Below are positions 17,578 through 28,263 of a stretch of 64,000 nucleotides of DNA, one piece after another (position 1 is the stretch's first letter; each line of letters starts with the position of its first letter). Made by a program: the position numbers and the translations under genes. The notes beneath the pieces were generated by a model that saw only the letters and a program-made list of their open reading frames with translations, searched no databases and was not told the origin of the DNA. The DNA comes from Caldisericota bacterium (GTDB lineage: Bacteria; Caldisericota; Caldisericia; UBA6126; JAGPKI01). The DNA lies in NCBI GenBank assembly GCA_052034135.1, contig JBPOJC010000005.1, forward strand, positions 76-64,075. The letters are read 5' to 3'.

Positions 17578-18499
17578 TATTGTTTTTGTTTTAAAGAGTC
17601 CATTACATATTGGTTATCTCCCATTTAGAGGTTTGGTAATATCTCCTACAAGATATTATGTCCCTGGTAGGAATTTCTGGGGTGCGATAACAAAAAGATT
17701 GAAAGAAAACTTGTATGAAAATCCTGTAGAGGAATATAAAAAAATAGGTGAACAGATTAAAGAAAACTTTAGATTTTCATATTTTTATTTATACGATGGA
17801 GAAACTATTTTTATCCCTAAATATAACGAGGAGGGATTAACTTTTGGAGATAAAAAGCAAATAGATAAATTTCAATTTGAATATAGATTTATAGGTAGTA
17901 GAGTTTTAACTGCTATAAATAGTGATTCAGGGACGGCAAAAGACGAAAGTCTTCATGAAATAGAGTTTATAAAAGATAAGTTTAGTGATGATGGAGACCG
18001 TATTAAAGATACAAAAATCATTGGTTGTATCTGGGTAAAAGAAAATTCTAAGATTCAGGATTACGAAGTTAAAATTGAAAATAATGGGATTTTTGTAAAT
18101 GAATTTAACCTTATTGAAGAATTAACTCTTGGTGGAGAGCAAGGGTATGGTTTTGGTTTAGTGGGGGTAGAGGCTATCTTAAACAAGAAATTATTTCCAA
18201 TAGACAGTTTAGACAATGAAGACGTTAAAATAAGTTTAGAAAAAGATAAACCGATTCTATCCCATCTTAAATATGATAAGAAAATTCCTTTTAAAGGTGA
18301 CTTAGAACTCTTAACTGGTAGAGGTTATTTTGATGTTGAGAGAGAAAACAGTTTAGAAAGAGGATATAAAGAAAATCCTGGTAATGTGCTTTCTAATATA
18401 AATTATTACTTCTCTCCTGGTACAATTATTAATTTTGAAAATGATAGAAAATATAGTATTGGCTGGAATGGAATTTTATTAATGAATGATAATCAATGA
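17552..18499 (+). CDS. cmr3: Type III RAMP, Cmr3/Cas5-like (alternatively Cmr6-like)
   Basis: The N-terminal region is RAMP-like ('LKSPLHIGYLPFRGLVISPTRYYVPGRNFWGAITKRL'). A G-rich loop is present near the C-terminus ('LTLGGEQGYGFGLVG'). It is the last gene of the coupled operon. Confidence 0.5.
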   Translation: MSKMWQRLDIVFVLKSPLHIGYLPFRGLVISPTRYYVPGRNFWGAITKRLKENLYENPVEEYKKIGEQIKENFRFSYFYLYDGETIFIPKYNEEGLTFGDKKQIDKFQFEYRFIGSRVLTAINSDSGTAKDESLHEIEFIKDKFSDDGDRIKDTKIIGCIWVKENSKIQDYEVKIENNGIFVNEFNLIEELTLGGEQGYGFGLVGVEAILNKKLFPIDSLDNEDVKISLEKDKPILSHLKYDKKIPFKGDLELLTGRGYFDVERENSLERGYKENPGNVLSNINYYFSPGTIINFENDRKYSIGWNGILLMNDNQ

Positions 18500-18859
18500 A
18501 ACCTACAGAACTTTTGCTTTCAAAGCAAAGCATATTTAGTTGATTAGCATTGAAGAGTAGAACATACCTTGCGGGAACAGGGTTATCCTAATAATACTTC
18601 TACAACAAAATTTTAAGGAATTTTTTTCAATCTTTAAAGACTAATAATATGAGTGAAGCAATAATAATAGCTTTAATTGAATAGTATCAGTAAATATTTT
18701 ATTATTTAATGTTTTTCACTCATATCTGATGTTTTATTTAAAAATTACGTTTAAATAATTTCAATTTTAAAATATAAAAATAAAAATTGATTTATAATAT
18801 TTAAGCATTAAACGAACAAGCTTCAAGAATTATAAATTTTAGCATAGGAGGAGATTAAA

Positions 18860-19186
18860 ATGGAGAAAACTACTTTAGGTTTAAGTGAAAATTTAGAAAG
18901 TCTTTTTTGTTACATTTTAGGTTGGATAACAGGAATAATATTCTTGATTCTTGAAAAGAACAGCAAGTTTGTAAAATTTCATGCTCTACAATCAATTTTT
19001 ACATTTCTACCCATATCGATAATAGGTGTAATATTTATGTGGATCCCAATAGTAGGAGTGGTTATTAACTGGATATTGTCGATTATCTCCTTTATATTGT
19101 GGATATTACTAATGTACAAAGCATATCAAGGTGAAAAATATAAACTTCCAATTGTTGGAGATTTTGCAGAAAAAGAAATAAAATAA
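18860..19186 (+). CDS. DUF4870-family small membrane protein
   Basis: The 'KFHALQS' motif is present together with two or three transmembrane helices. A strong AGGAGG RBS precedes it. Confidence 0.6.
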   Translation: MEKTTLGLSENLESLFCYILGWITGIIFLILEKNSKFVKFHALQSIFTFLPISIIGVIFMWIPIVGVVINWILSIISFILWILLMYKAYQGEKYKLPIVGDFAEKEIK

Positions 19187-19247
19187 TTTATATCTTTATA
19201 ATAGCAAAAAGCATGTTAAAATAAGCTTTAATCAGTGAAAAAGTATA

Positions 19248-20105
19248 TTATTTTATTTCAATTACGTTTGAGTCTTCATCAAAGGGTGGAGTCTGGTCTA
19301 CTATAAAGCCATATTTGAACTTTTCAAATCCCTCTACTTCTCTGATTTGCTCTCTTCCAGTAAGCAATGCAAGAAGTACAATTCCCATTGGCACGATCAG
19401 AAAAGTTGAATATTGGTTTAGTGATAAATTAAAAGGAGGAAATCTTGGAACTGCTCTTAAGAATTCAATAAAAAATGTTAATATGCCATAAAATATAAGT
19501 GCCCATGAGAAAGTTTTACCATAGAACTTCTTGTTAGAATCAATCCTCAGAAGTATAAAGAAAATAATAAATGCACCAATAGAAGTGAACAATTGGGTTG
19601 GGTAGCGTGGATAGTCAAAAGGACTAAATCTAAAACCAATCAATGAATTTGTAGGTAACCCAACACAGCAACCATTTAGGAAGCAACCAATTCTGCCAAT
19701 TGCATAGCCTAAAGTTGTTCCTATTGATAATACATCAAGCAATGCCCAGTAATTTACTTTTCTTCTTTTTGCAAACCAGTATGTTATAAGTACTCCAGCA
19801 ACAACTATCCCAATAAAAGATAATCCTTCACCGCCATTCCTTATTATCTCAATTGGATTACTTAAAAAATAGAAAAAGCCATTTGTCAATATATAAAAAA
19901 GCTTTGCTCCAATCAATCCTCCTATTATTAAATAGAGCAAGAGGTCGAGGAGATCGTCTTCACTTAAGCCTATTTTTTTTGCTCTTTTTATTATAGAAAG
20001 GAAACCAACAATTATACCTATGGCAATAAGTAAACCATAACTTCTTAAAACAAAAGGTCCAAAATGAGCTATTTCTGGATACACTTTTTTGTCCTCCTTA
20101 TGCAA
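19248..20105 (-). CDS. lgt: Prolipoprotein diacylglyceryl transferase
   Basis: The Lgt signature 'GRIGCFLNGCCVG' is present in a multi-pass membrane protein of 285 aa. Confidence 0.8.
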   Translation of the reverse strand: MHKEDKKVYPEIAHFGPFVLRSYGLLIAIGIIVGFLSIIKRAKKIGLSEDDLLDLLLYLIIGGLIGAKLFYILTNGFFYFLSNPIEIIRNGGEGLSFIGIVVAGVLITYWFAKRRKVNYWALLDVLSIGTTLGYAIGRIGCFLNGCCVGLPTNSLIGFRFSPFDYPRYPTQLFTSIGAFIIFFILLRIDSNKKFYGKTFSWALIFYGILTFFIEFLRAVPRFPPFNLSLNQYSTFLIVPMGIVLLALLTGREQIREVEGFEKFKYGFIVDQTPPFDEDSNVIEIK

Positions 20106-21285
20106 TTTTAAATAGTTTATCTGCTTCTTTTAATGTATCAACCACAAAATCAATCTGCTCCTTATCCATAGATGCGGTTACATTCATTCGAAGACGAGAA
20201 GTATTTATTGGTACAGCAGGATGCAGAACAGGAAGAACGAATATATCTCTATCCTGCACAAAACGAGTAACTTTTAAGGTTTTTTCTTCTTCACCTATTA
20301 TTAGTGGGACGATAGCTGTTTGAGAATTAAGGGTATTGAATCCCGCTTTTTTAAGTTCATCAAGGAAATAATTAATATTATTAGATAATTTTTCAATGCG
20401 CCACTTTTCCTCTTCAATTACTTTAAATGAAGCTATTGCTGCTCCGCAAGCTGCTGGAGGCAAAGCCGCAGAGAAAACAAAAGCTCTTGCATTATGTTTT
20501 AGGTAATTTATAAGAATTTTGCTTCCTGCGATGTAACCACCCACCGAAGGAATAGCTTTACTGAGCGTACCCATGAGTATATCAATGTCATTATTTAAAC
20601 CAAAGTATTCTTCAACACCTTTTCCATTCTTTCCTAAGACGCCGAGTGAGTGAGCTTCATCAACCATGAGCAAAGCATTGTATTTACGTACTAAATCAAG
20701 TATTTCTGGAATGGGAGAAATATCTCCATCCATACTATATACAGCATCCACTATAACAACTCTTGTTCTATTATTAGATGTATTTTGAAGTTTCCTTTCA
20801 AGATCATTCAAGTCATTATGATTAAATCGTAAAAATGCTGCCCCAGAGAGAAGACAACCATCAACTATACTTGCGTGATCAAGTTTATCACAAATAACCA
20901 CGTCCCCTCTTCCAAAAAGCGTAGAAATTGATGTTAGATTTGTTACATATCCACTTGAAAAAACTACACAAGCCTCTCTGTTTTTGAATGAAGCAATAGT
21001 TTCTTCAAGCTCTTCATGTATTTTTTCTGTACCAGCTAATATTCTTACTCCGTGTGTCCCTGTGCCATATTTTTTAATTGCGTCGATTGCATACTTATTT
21101 ATTAATGGATGCCCTATTAGACTTAAATAGCTATAGCTTGCAAGCATAAGCATTTTTCTACCATCTACGATTACATAAGGATCCTCAATACTTTCTATGC
21201 TTCTAAGATAAAAATATAAATTCGCATTTTTAGTATTTTCATATCTTTGATTAAATTCAGTTAATTTTTTCAGAAAGTTTTCCAC
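20098..21285 (-). CDS. PLP-dependent class-II aminotransferase of the 2-amino-3-ketobutyrate CoA ligase / 8-amino-7-oxononanoate synthase family
   Basis: 'DKLDHASIVDG' is present, the PLP-lysine region is 'TLSKAIPSVGGY', and the length is 395 aa. Confidence 0.7.
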   Translation of the reverse strand: MENFLKKLTEFNQRYENTKNANLYFYLRSIESIEDPYVIVDGRKMLMLASYSYLSLIGHPLINKYAIDAIKKYGTGTHGVRILAGTEKIHEELEETIASFKNREACVVFSSGYVTNLTSISTLFGRGDVVICDKLDHASIVDGCLLSGAAFLRFNHNDLNDLERKLQNTSNNRTRVVIVDAVYSMDGDISPIPEILDLVRKYNALLMVDEAHSLGVLGKNGKGVEEYFGLNNDIDILMGTLSKAIPSVGGYIAGSKILINYLKHNARAFVFSAALPPAACGAAIASFKVIEEEKWRIEKLSNNINYFLDELKKAGFNTLNSQTAIVPLIIGEEEKTLKVTRFVQDRDIFVLPVLHPAVPINTSRLRMNVTASMDKEQIDFVVDTLKEADKLFKIA

Positions 21286-21290
21286 CTAAA

Positions 21291-22949
21291 TTACTCTCCC
21301 ATCATTGGTAGTTTTAAATTTTTTTCTTTTGCAGTTTTTATAGCGATTTCATAATTTGCATCGGCATGCCTTGCAACTCCGATTCCAGGATCAGTTGTTA
21401 GAACTTTTCTCAAGTGTTCTGCTTGCCTTGAGGAACCATCTGCTACAACAACCATTCCTGCATGTATTGAATTTCCAATTCCTACACCTCCTCCATGATG
21501 AACTGAAACCCATGTTGCCCCACTTATTGCGTTAAGTAGTGCATTAAGTATAGGCCAATCTGCTATAGCATCAGAACCATCTTTCATTGCTTCAGTCTCC
21601 CTGTAGGGAGATGCTACGGATCCAGAATCAAGATGGTCTCTTCCTATAACGATAGGGCAACTAATCTCTCCCTTTTTTACTAAATCATTTATTCTGAGTC
21701 CAAACTCTGCTCGTTCTCCTAAGCCTAACCAGCAGATTCTCGCAGGGAGACCTTGAAAGTTGACCATTTTTTCAGCTTTTTCAATCCAACTTTTTAGATG
21801 AACATTGTCTGGAAATAATTCAAGTAAAGTCTTATCGGTAGTGTAAATATCATTAGGATCACCAGATAGAGCAACCCATCTAAAAGGTCCTTTCCCTTCA
21901 CAAAATAAAGGTCTAATAAACTCCGGCACAAAACCTGGTATATCAAATGCATTACTAACACCATTTGATTTTGCCTGTGCTCTTATATTATTTCCATATT
22001 CAAAAACAATGCTACCTGCTTTTTTTAGTTCAAGCATAGCTTTAACATGTATTGCAATAGAATCTAATGCTCTTTTAATATATTCTTTTGGGTTTTCTAC
22101 TCTTAATTTTAGTGCTTCCTCTAATGAAATACCATTAGGCACATATCCATTAAGTGTGTCATGAGCTGAGGTTTGATCAGTTACAACATCCGGAACAATT
22201 CCTCGCCTCACAATTTCTGGAATAATATCGGAAGCATTACCAATTAAACCAACCGAAAGTGGCAATTTATCCTTTTTCGCCCGTTCTATTTTTATGAGTG
22301 AACTATCGAGATCTGTTGAAAGTTCGTCAACATACCCCATGTCAAGTCTCCTTTTTGCTCTTTTTGGATCAACTTCTACAACTAAGCATACTCCGTCATT
22401 CATTGTAACAGCGAGAGGTTGAGCTCCCCCCATTCCTCCTAGTCCTGCAGTTAAAACAAATTTACCCTTCAAGCTTCCATTAAAATGTTTTTCAGATAAA
22501 GATGCAAGTGTTTCAAATGTACCTTGAAGTATGCCCTGCGTACCTATGTATATCCAACTTCCAGCAGTCATCTGTCCATACATTGTAAGTCCTAAGCTTT
22601 CGAGTCTTCGGAATTCATCCCAATTTGCCCATGCCGGAACAAGCATGGAGTTACTAATCAAAACTCTTGGAGCATCTAAACTCGTTTCAAAAATAGCTAC
22701 TGGTTTACCTGATTGTATGAGTAACGTTTCATCATTTTCAAGATTTTTTAAGCTTTCTACAATTTTATAAAAACAATCCCAGTTTCTCACAGCTTTACCA
22801 GTTCCACCATATACAATTAAGTTTTCAGGGTCTTCAGCAACTTCAGGATCCAAATTGTTCATAAGCATTCTTAATGCCGCCTCTTGCAACCAACTCTTAC
22901 AACTTAGAGCATTGCCTCTATCGGCTTTAATATTATGCATCATTTTCAT
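21291..22949 (-). CDS. hutU: Urocanate hydratase
   Basis: The urocanase family motifs '[17 protein letters not shown]' and '[14 protein letters not shown]' are present, and the 552-aa length fits. Confidence 0.8.
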   Translation of the reverse strand: MKMMHNIKADRGNALSCKSWLQEAALRMLMNNLDPEVAEDPENLIVYGGTGKAVRNWDCFYKIVESLKNLENDETLLIQSGKPVAIFETSLDAPRVLISNSMLVPAWANWDEFRRLESLGLTMYGQMTAGSWIYIGTQGILQGTFETLASLSEKHFNGSLKGKFVLTAGLGGMGGAQPLAVTMNDGVCLVVEVDPKRAKRRLDMGYVDELSTDLDSSLIKIERAKKDKLPLSVGLIGNASDIIPEIVRRGIVPDVVTDQTSAHDTLNGYVPNGISLEEALKLRVENPKEYIKRALDSIAIHVKAMLELKKAGSIVFEYGNNIRAQAKSNGVSNAFDIPGFVPEFIRPLFCEGKGPFRWVALSGDPNDIYTTDKTLLELFPDNVHLKSWIEKAEKMVNFQGLPARICWLGLGERAEFGLRINDLVKKGEISCPIVIGRDHLDSGSVASPYRETEAMKDGSDAIADWPILNALLNAISGATWVSVHHGGGVGIGNSIHAGMVVVADGSSRQAEHLRKVLTTDPGIGVARHADANYEIAIKTAKEKNLKLPMMGE

Positions 22950-23230
22950 ATCTCCTTTAAGTGCATATTTACTAATAATATTAAAATTTTGACACTCTTA
23001 ATGTCTTGTTTGTAACTGTATTGTACTTTTTTAAATTTTTGCTTCATTTCTTCTTTTGTTAAAAGCTCAAAGGTTTATATTTACTTATATTTACTTTTTC
23101 CATTTTACTTGTTCATAATCTCTTATATTTTTAATATTATACCATTTCCTATTAACTTAACTTTATATTTCTATAAACTATGATAATACATTTATATTAA
23201 AACTCTTTTCTATTAATTCTTTGAGTATAT

Positions 23231-24055
23231 TTAACTTGCAAGACGTGGATAAAGCATAGTCGCTATAATTATTGCTATTAATATCATTCCTATTAGCAGC
23301 CCAATATGCAGAAGCATATTTGTATATACACCAGTTATCAAAATAGCTCTTAATATCTCCACTACATAGCTTAAAGGATTCGCAACCGCGACAACTTGAA
23401 GCCATTTAGGCATTATAGAAATAGGATAGATTGCACTTGAAGCAAAGAAAAGAGGCATTGTTAAAACTTGTCCTATACCCATAAATCTCTCTCTTGTTCT
23501 CATTAATGAAGCAAGAATCATTGAAAAACAGCTAAAAAATGCAGATTCCAGAATAACAATAAATATTGTTCCAACTATGCCAAGCACGCTCCATCTTATA
23601 TCCACTTTTAAAATGAGTGCTAATATTAAGATTATTACAGCCTGGCTCAAACCTCTCACAGCTGCGCCCATTGTTCTTCCAACAACAAATGCACTTCGCG
23701 GAACCGGGAGAGCTAAAAATTTCTGAATTATCCCCTGATCTCTATCCCAAATAAGCGCTAAACCATAGAAAATTGAAATAAACAAAACTGATTGTGAAAG
23801 TATACCAGGTGTCATAAAAGCAATGTATGGAACACCACCAGTAGGAATTGCTTTAATTCTTGTAAATGTTTCTCCAAAAACAAGCAACCATAAAACTGGC
23901 TGAACTGCTCTTGTAAATAACTCAGTTGGGTCATGGCGTAGCCTTCTCGCTTCCATTTCACCAAGGGTTAATGAATCATTAATCCATTTCTTTATTTTTG
24001 AAGACAGGCTTTTATTGTAACCTTCTTGCTGTTTTTCGGATTCTCCTAAGCTCAT
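23231..24055 (-). CDS. ABC-2 type exporter permease
   Basis: Six predicted transmembrane segments are present. The gene overlaps the upstream ABC ATPase gene. Confidence 0.65.
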   Translation of the reverse strand: MSLGESEKQQEGYNKSLSSKIKKWINDSLTLGEMEARRLRHDPTELFTRAVQPVLWLLVFGETFTRIKAIPTGGVPYIAFMTPGILSQSVLFISIFYGLALIWDRDQGIIQKFLALPVPRSAFVVGRTMGAAVRGLSQAVIILILALILKVDIRWSVLGIVGTIFIVILESAFFSCFSMILASLMRTRERFMGIGQVLTMPLFFASSAIYPISIMPKWLQVVAVANPLSYVVEILRAILITGVYTNMLLHIGLLIGMILIAIIIATMLYPRLAS

Positions 24056-24797
24056 TAAAATTACCTCCTTCTTCTACGCTATGTCCTGTGAGAATAATAA
24101 ATGCATTTTCGAGACTTTCTGTGCCTGTTTGCTTCAATATTTCCTGCGGTGTGCCAATGGTAACTATTTTACCATGATCCATTATGGCAAGTCTATCGCA
24201 AAGAGCTTCCGCTTCTTCCATATAGTGGGTTGTCAATAAAATAGTTGTTTCATATTGTTCCTGCAGAGTTAACAATACATTCCATACAGAACGCCTTGAA
24301 ATTGGGTCAAGACCCACTGTTGGTTCATCAAGTAAAAGAATTTCAGGATTATGCAAAAGTGACTGTGCTATTTCTAATTTTCTTACCATTCCTCCGGAGT
24401 ACTCTCTTACGAGTCTATGGGAAAAATCACCTAATTCCATTAAATCAATGAGTTCATTAATTCTTTTTTCTCTGCCTCTTTTATTTAATCCGACAAGTTT
24501 AGCAAAGATTAAGAGGTTTTCATATCCTGTTAGTGATCCATCACTTGATAACGCTTGTGGGACATATCCAATAAAATTCCTAACTATTGCAGCATTTTTG
24601 GGAAGCTCATAACCATTTACTTCTACTCTTCCTTTGGTCGGAGTTATTAAAGTGGAAATAATTCTAACTGTGGTTGTTTTGCCTGCTCCATTTGGACCAA
24701 GAAGCCCAAATAATTCACCCCTTTTTACATTGAATGATATACCGTCAAGAGCTTTTGTTTGTCCGAAATGTTTGAAGAGATTATCTATTTTAATCAT
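24012..24797 (-). CDS. ABC transporter ATP-binding protein (DrrA-like)
   Basis: Walker A 'GPNGAGKTT', signature 'YSGGMVRKL' and Walker B 'LLLDEPTVGLD' are all present. Confidence 0.8.
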   Translation of the reverse strand: MIKIDNLFKHFGQTKALDGISFNVKRGELFGLLGPNGAGKTTTVRIISTLITPTKGRVEVNGYELPKNAAIVRNFIGYVPQALSSDGSLTGYENLLIFAKLVGLNKRGREKRINELIDLMELGDFSHRLVREYSGGMVRKLEIAQSLLHNPEILLLDEPTVGLDPISRRSVWNVLLTLQEQYETTILLTTHYMEEAEALCDRLAIMDHGKIVTIGTPQEILKQTGTESLENAFIILTGHSVEEGGNFNELRRIRKTARRLQ

Positions 24798-24934
24798 ATT
24801 AGTCCTTTCTAAATTGATTATAGCACAAAATTAATATTAAATATTCTTAAACATTGATACGTAATGATTGATTTATTATAATTAACCCTTAATTAAAAGG
24901 TTTTCAATTTAAAAAAGGAAAATGAAATAAATTT

Positions 24935-26134
24935 ATGAAAAAAAAAGAGGAGATATTAGATAAACTCAAAACAAATACCGTAGACTTTATTACTGAGGAG
25001 GAATTATTAAAAAAATTATCTTCTAAAAAAAGCTTAAAAATAAAATTAGGAGCCGATCCTACAGCTCCAGATTTACATTTAGGACATGCCGTTGTTCTTG
25101 AAAAACTAAGAGAGTTTCAAGAACTTGGTCACGAGATAATCTTTGTAATTGGTGATTTCACAGCTTTAATAGGAGATCCATCTGGTAGATCAAAGGTAAG
25201 AAAAGCATTGAGCAAGGAAGAAATAGAACAAAATGCCAAAACTTATGTAGCACAGGTATCAAAAATTCTTGATATAAGTAAAATTCAAATAAGGTATAAT
25301 AGCGAATGGCTTTCTAAGATAAATCTTTCGGATCTAATTAAAATAATGTCTCATTTCACCATTGCAAGAATCATTGAAAGGGACGATTTTTCCAAACGAT
25401 TTAAACAAAACACACCGATATTTATGCATGAATTCTTGTATCCTATTCTGCAGGCTTATGATTCAGTTGCAATAAAAGCAGATGTTGAACTTGGGGGAAC
25501 TGATCAAAAATTTAATTTATTGCTTGGGAGAGAAATGCAAACAATTTTTGGTCAGGAGGAGCAAGTAATAATTACTTTGCCTCTCCTTATTGGGACCGAT
25601 GGTTCTTTAAAAATGAGTAAATCTTTTGGTAATTACATCGGTATTACGGAAGATCCTTTTACAATGTATGGTAAGGTTATGTCAATTCCAGATAGTTTAA
25701 TTCTCGACTATTTTAAATTAGTTTTAAGTTATAACGATACTGAACTTACAGAAATTTCTAAAAGTTTAGAAACTGAAAATCCTATGAAATTAAAAATGAA
25801 ATTAGCAAAAGAAATTGTATCCAAGTATCATTCCGAAGAAGATTCTAAAAAAGCAGAGAAAATGTTCACTAAAATACACAGAGAGCGTAGTTTACCCTCG
25901 GACATAGTTGAATATATTTACGAGGGGCCATTACAGATAAAAGCCTTTGAATTTATTAATAGTCTCAATCTGTTACCAAGCAAGTCTGAAGCAAAAAGAG
26001 TAATCTCGCAAGGTGGATTAGAAGTTGATGGAGAAAATATTACTGATCCATTTTTTACATTAAATGTAAAAAATAATATGATAATTAAAATAGGTAAGAG
26101 GAAATTTGTTAAAATAAGGATTCAGAATCCCTAA
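24935..26134 (+). CDS. tyrS: Tyrosyl-tRNA synthetase
   Basis: The class I motifs HIGH ('PDLHLGHAV') and 'KMSKS' are present. A C-terminal S4-like domain is present and the length is 399 aa. Confidence 0.85.
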   Translation: MKKKEEILDKLKTNTVDFITEEELLKKLSSKKSLKIKLGADPTAPDLHLGHAVVLEKLREFQELGHEIIFVIGDFTALIGDPSGRSKVRKALSKEEIEQNAKTYVAQVSKILDISKIQIRYNSEWLSKINLSDLIKIMSHFTIARIIERDDFSKRFKQNTPIFMHEFLYPILQAYDSVAIKADVELGGTDQKFNLLLGREMQTIFGQEEQVIITLPLLIGTDGSLKMSKSFGNYIGITEDPFTMYGKVMSIPDSLILDYFKLVLSYNDTELTEISKSLETENPMKLKMKLAKEIVSKYHSEEDSKKAEKMFTKIHRERSLPSDIVEYIYEGPLQIKAFEFINSLNLLPSKSEAKRVISQGGLEVDGENITDPFFTLNVKNNMIIKIGKRKFVKIRIQNP

Positions 26135-27026
26135 ATTCTTTGTCGCTTTTACGTTTCTTTCTGAGAAGATAAAAATTTCTTATCTCGTCATATTCCTCAA
26201 GTTGAAAGAATTCAGAGATATAATAATCTAACTCATTTATATATCTAACGAAGATTTCTCTCGTTTTTAGGCGCCAATCTCTTGCCAGAAAAGGAACTTC
26301 TTTACGCATTTCGTAATAATCATAAGGAATTTCCACTGCAATAGTTTCTCCCTTCAAGTCAAGATTAATATTTGATATCTCTCTAAAAAGTAAAGCTTGT
26401 TTTATTCCTCTTGTTGTTATTGAATAAAGGATTCTAATAGTTTCGTTTGCTTTCTGAAAATATAATCTTTCTCTTAGCTTTATCTGAGGTATTTTTAAAT
26501 CTTCAATTCTTTTTCTTACCCTTTTAGTTTTGATTTTCCACTCTAAATAAAATCTATCAGCAGGGATAGAAACTCCTGTACTTATTGGCAATTCGCTATA
26601 TGCTTCAATGCAATATTTACGAATGATTCCGCCCAATTTTCTTATATTTAGATTCGCATTGATGCCAAGAAGGGGATCATAGGTCCATACAATTTTTTTA
26701 ATTCCTCTTTCGAGAGCAATTTTATATTGTTCTTGTTTTAGGCGGAAACCCAAAGACTTTTTTTGATAGGCTGTATAAATACCTGCAGTGTCACTGATAA
26801 GATAATAACCATCTTTAGGGTTATATGCTGGTAGCGCAAAATTGAATCCAATAAGTTTATTGTCAACGTAGATTCCAAGTGTTAAGCCACCATTTTCTGC
26901 GATAAGCTCCATTAAATAAGCTGGAACTATCCCCACTTCATTAAGTGGGGATAGTTCCTTTTGTATTTCTTCGCAAGCAAAATAATCTTCTTTGCTACTT
27001 ACAGGTTTTATTACAATATTATTCAA
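26109..27026 (-). CDS. GNAT-fold acetyltransferase-like protein (uncertain)
   Basis: The length of 305 aa and a weak match to a COG3375-like GNAT architecture are the only support. No firm motif is recognised. Confidence 0.35.
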   Translation of the reverse strand: MNNIVIKPVSSKEDYFACEEIQKELSPLNEVGIVPAYLMELIAENGGLTLGIYVDNKLIGFNFALPAYNPKDGYYLISDTAGIYTAYQKKSLGFRLKQEQYKIALERGIKKIVWTYDPLLGINANLNIRKLGGIIRKYCIEAYSELPISTGVSIPADRFYLEWKIKTKRVRKRIEDLKIPQIKLRERLYFQKANETIRILYSITTRGIKQALLFREISNINLDLKGETIAVEIPYDYYEMRKEVPFLARDWRLKTREIFVRYINELDYYISEFFQLEEYDEIRNFYLLRKKRKSDKEFRDSESLF

Positions 27027-27029
27027 TTA

Positions 27030-28223
27030 TCACCTTTTAAGCTCACCAAGTTGTACTTGTACATCCATTCTTTTGCCAAGTCTATCGATTGTTAGGGTAA
27101 CAATATCACCTACCTTTTTACTTCTTATGTAAGCAATTAAATCTTCCGATTTTATTATTTCTTTTCCGTCAACTGATATTATAACATCATTTTTCTTAAT
27201 TCCAGCTTTTCTTGCAGCTCCTTCTGGGACTTCAACTACAACAACGCCTTTATCAGTTTTTAGGTTAAGTTCTTTAGCTACTGTTTCGCTATTTTCTGTA
27301 ATAACAACTCCCAATGATGGCCAAGAAACTGTACCATATTCTATTAATTCATTCATAACTTTCTTAGCAACATTAGAAGAAACTGCAAAGCCGAGTCCCT
27401 GTGCGTCCGACTCAATCATAAAATTTATACCAATTACTTCACCTTTTAAATTTATGAGTGGTCCACCACTGTTGCCAGGGTTAATGGGAGCGTCAGTTTG
27501 AATTACTCCGACCATCGGAGTAGTAGCAGTTTGTTTGGTTTCTTGATAAGGGAAAAAGAACGGGAAAGGTAATTCAGGTGTTTGGCTACTTGAAGGTGGA
27601 GTTATCTCTCTTTGAATTCCACTAATAACTCCAACTGTTACAGTATAATCATAACCTAACGGATTACCAATTGCTATAACAGTTTCTCCTACTCTTGCTT
27701 TATCTGAATCACCTAAGGAAAGAGTTGGTAAATTTCTTGCGTTAATGGCGACAACTGCAATATCTGATAAAGTGTCTGTTCCGACAATTTTACCATCATA
27801 CTTTTTTCCATCTTTAAGAGTAACTTTTATGGTATCAGCATTCTCTACAACATGGTTATTTGTGAGAATATAACCATCTTCCCTTACAATAAAACCTGAT
27901 CCAAATCCACTACTTACTATTATTCCACGGGATGATTTACTTATGTCTATTTTTACAACTGAATTACTTGCCTGTTCAGCTATAATTGGAATAATTTCAT
28001 AAGTTTCTATATTAGAACTAATTGATATGGGTGCGCTCGTTGTTGTTGATGTTTGAGGTTGTGCCTCCAGATTAATAGGTGGCGCCGGTAAAAACGATGG
28101 TTTTGAAACAAGCCAATAGGTGGAAAAAGCTCCGCCTGCAAATCCACCAATTATGAATATAATTAGCGCAACTATAATGCTTACAAACGAATTACCTTTT
28201 TTTCTCACTTTTAAATCTTCCAT
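27030..28223 (-). CDS. htrA: HtrA/DegP-family serine protease with a PDZ domain
   Basis: The catalytic motifs 'ILTNNHVV', 'DIAVV' and 'GNSGGPLIN' are present. A C-terminal PDZ region follows and an N-terminal transmembrane anchor precedes. Confidence 0.8.
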   Translation of the reverse strand: MEDLKVRKKGNSFVSIIVALIIFIIGGFAGGAFSTYWLVSKPSFLPAPPINLEAQPQTSTTTSAPISISSNIETYEIIPIIAEQASNSVVKIDISKSSRGIIVSSGFGSGFIVREDGYILTNNHVVENADTIKVTLKDGKKYDGKIVGTDTLSDIAVVAINARNLPTLSLGDSDKARVGETVIAIGNPLGYDYTVTVGVISGIQREITPPSSSQTPELPFPFFFPYQETKQTATTPMVGVIQTDAPINPGNSGGPLINLKGEVIGINFMIESDAQGLGFAVSSNVAKKVMNELIEYGTVSWPSLGVVITENSETVAKELNLKTDKGVVVVEVPEGAARKAGIKKNDVIISVDGKEIIKSEDLIAYIRSKKVGDIVTLTIDRLGKRMDVQVQLGELKR

Positions 28224-28263
28224 AAATTTCCTCCATTAATTATCAAAATTATCTAAAAGTAAA

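Noticed and set aside
18500-18560. Rho-independent terminator after the last cmr gene (TTGCTTT-C-AAAGCAA)
   Set aside because: The stem is short and AT-rich, the loop is too small, and no U-tract follows. At best this is weak.
24798-24934. T-box leader upstream of tyrS
   Set aside because: The gap is only about 137 bp. I see no specifier-loop or T-box consensus (AATTAGGGTGGTACCGCG-like) sequence, so it is too short and lacks the motif.
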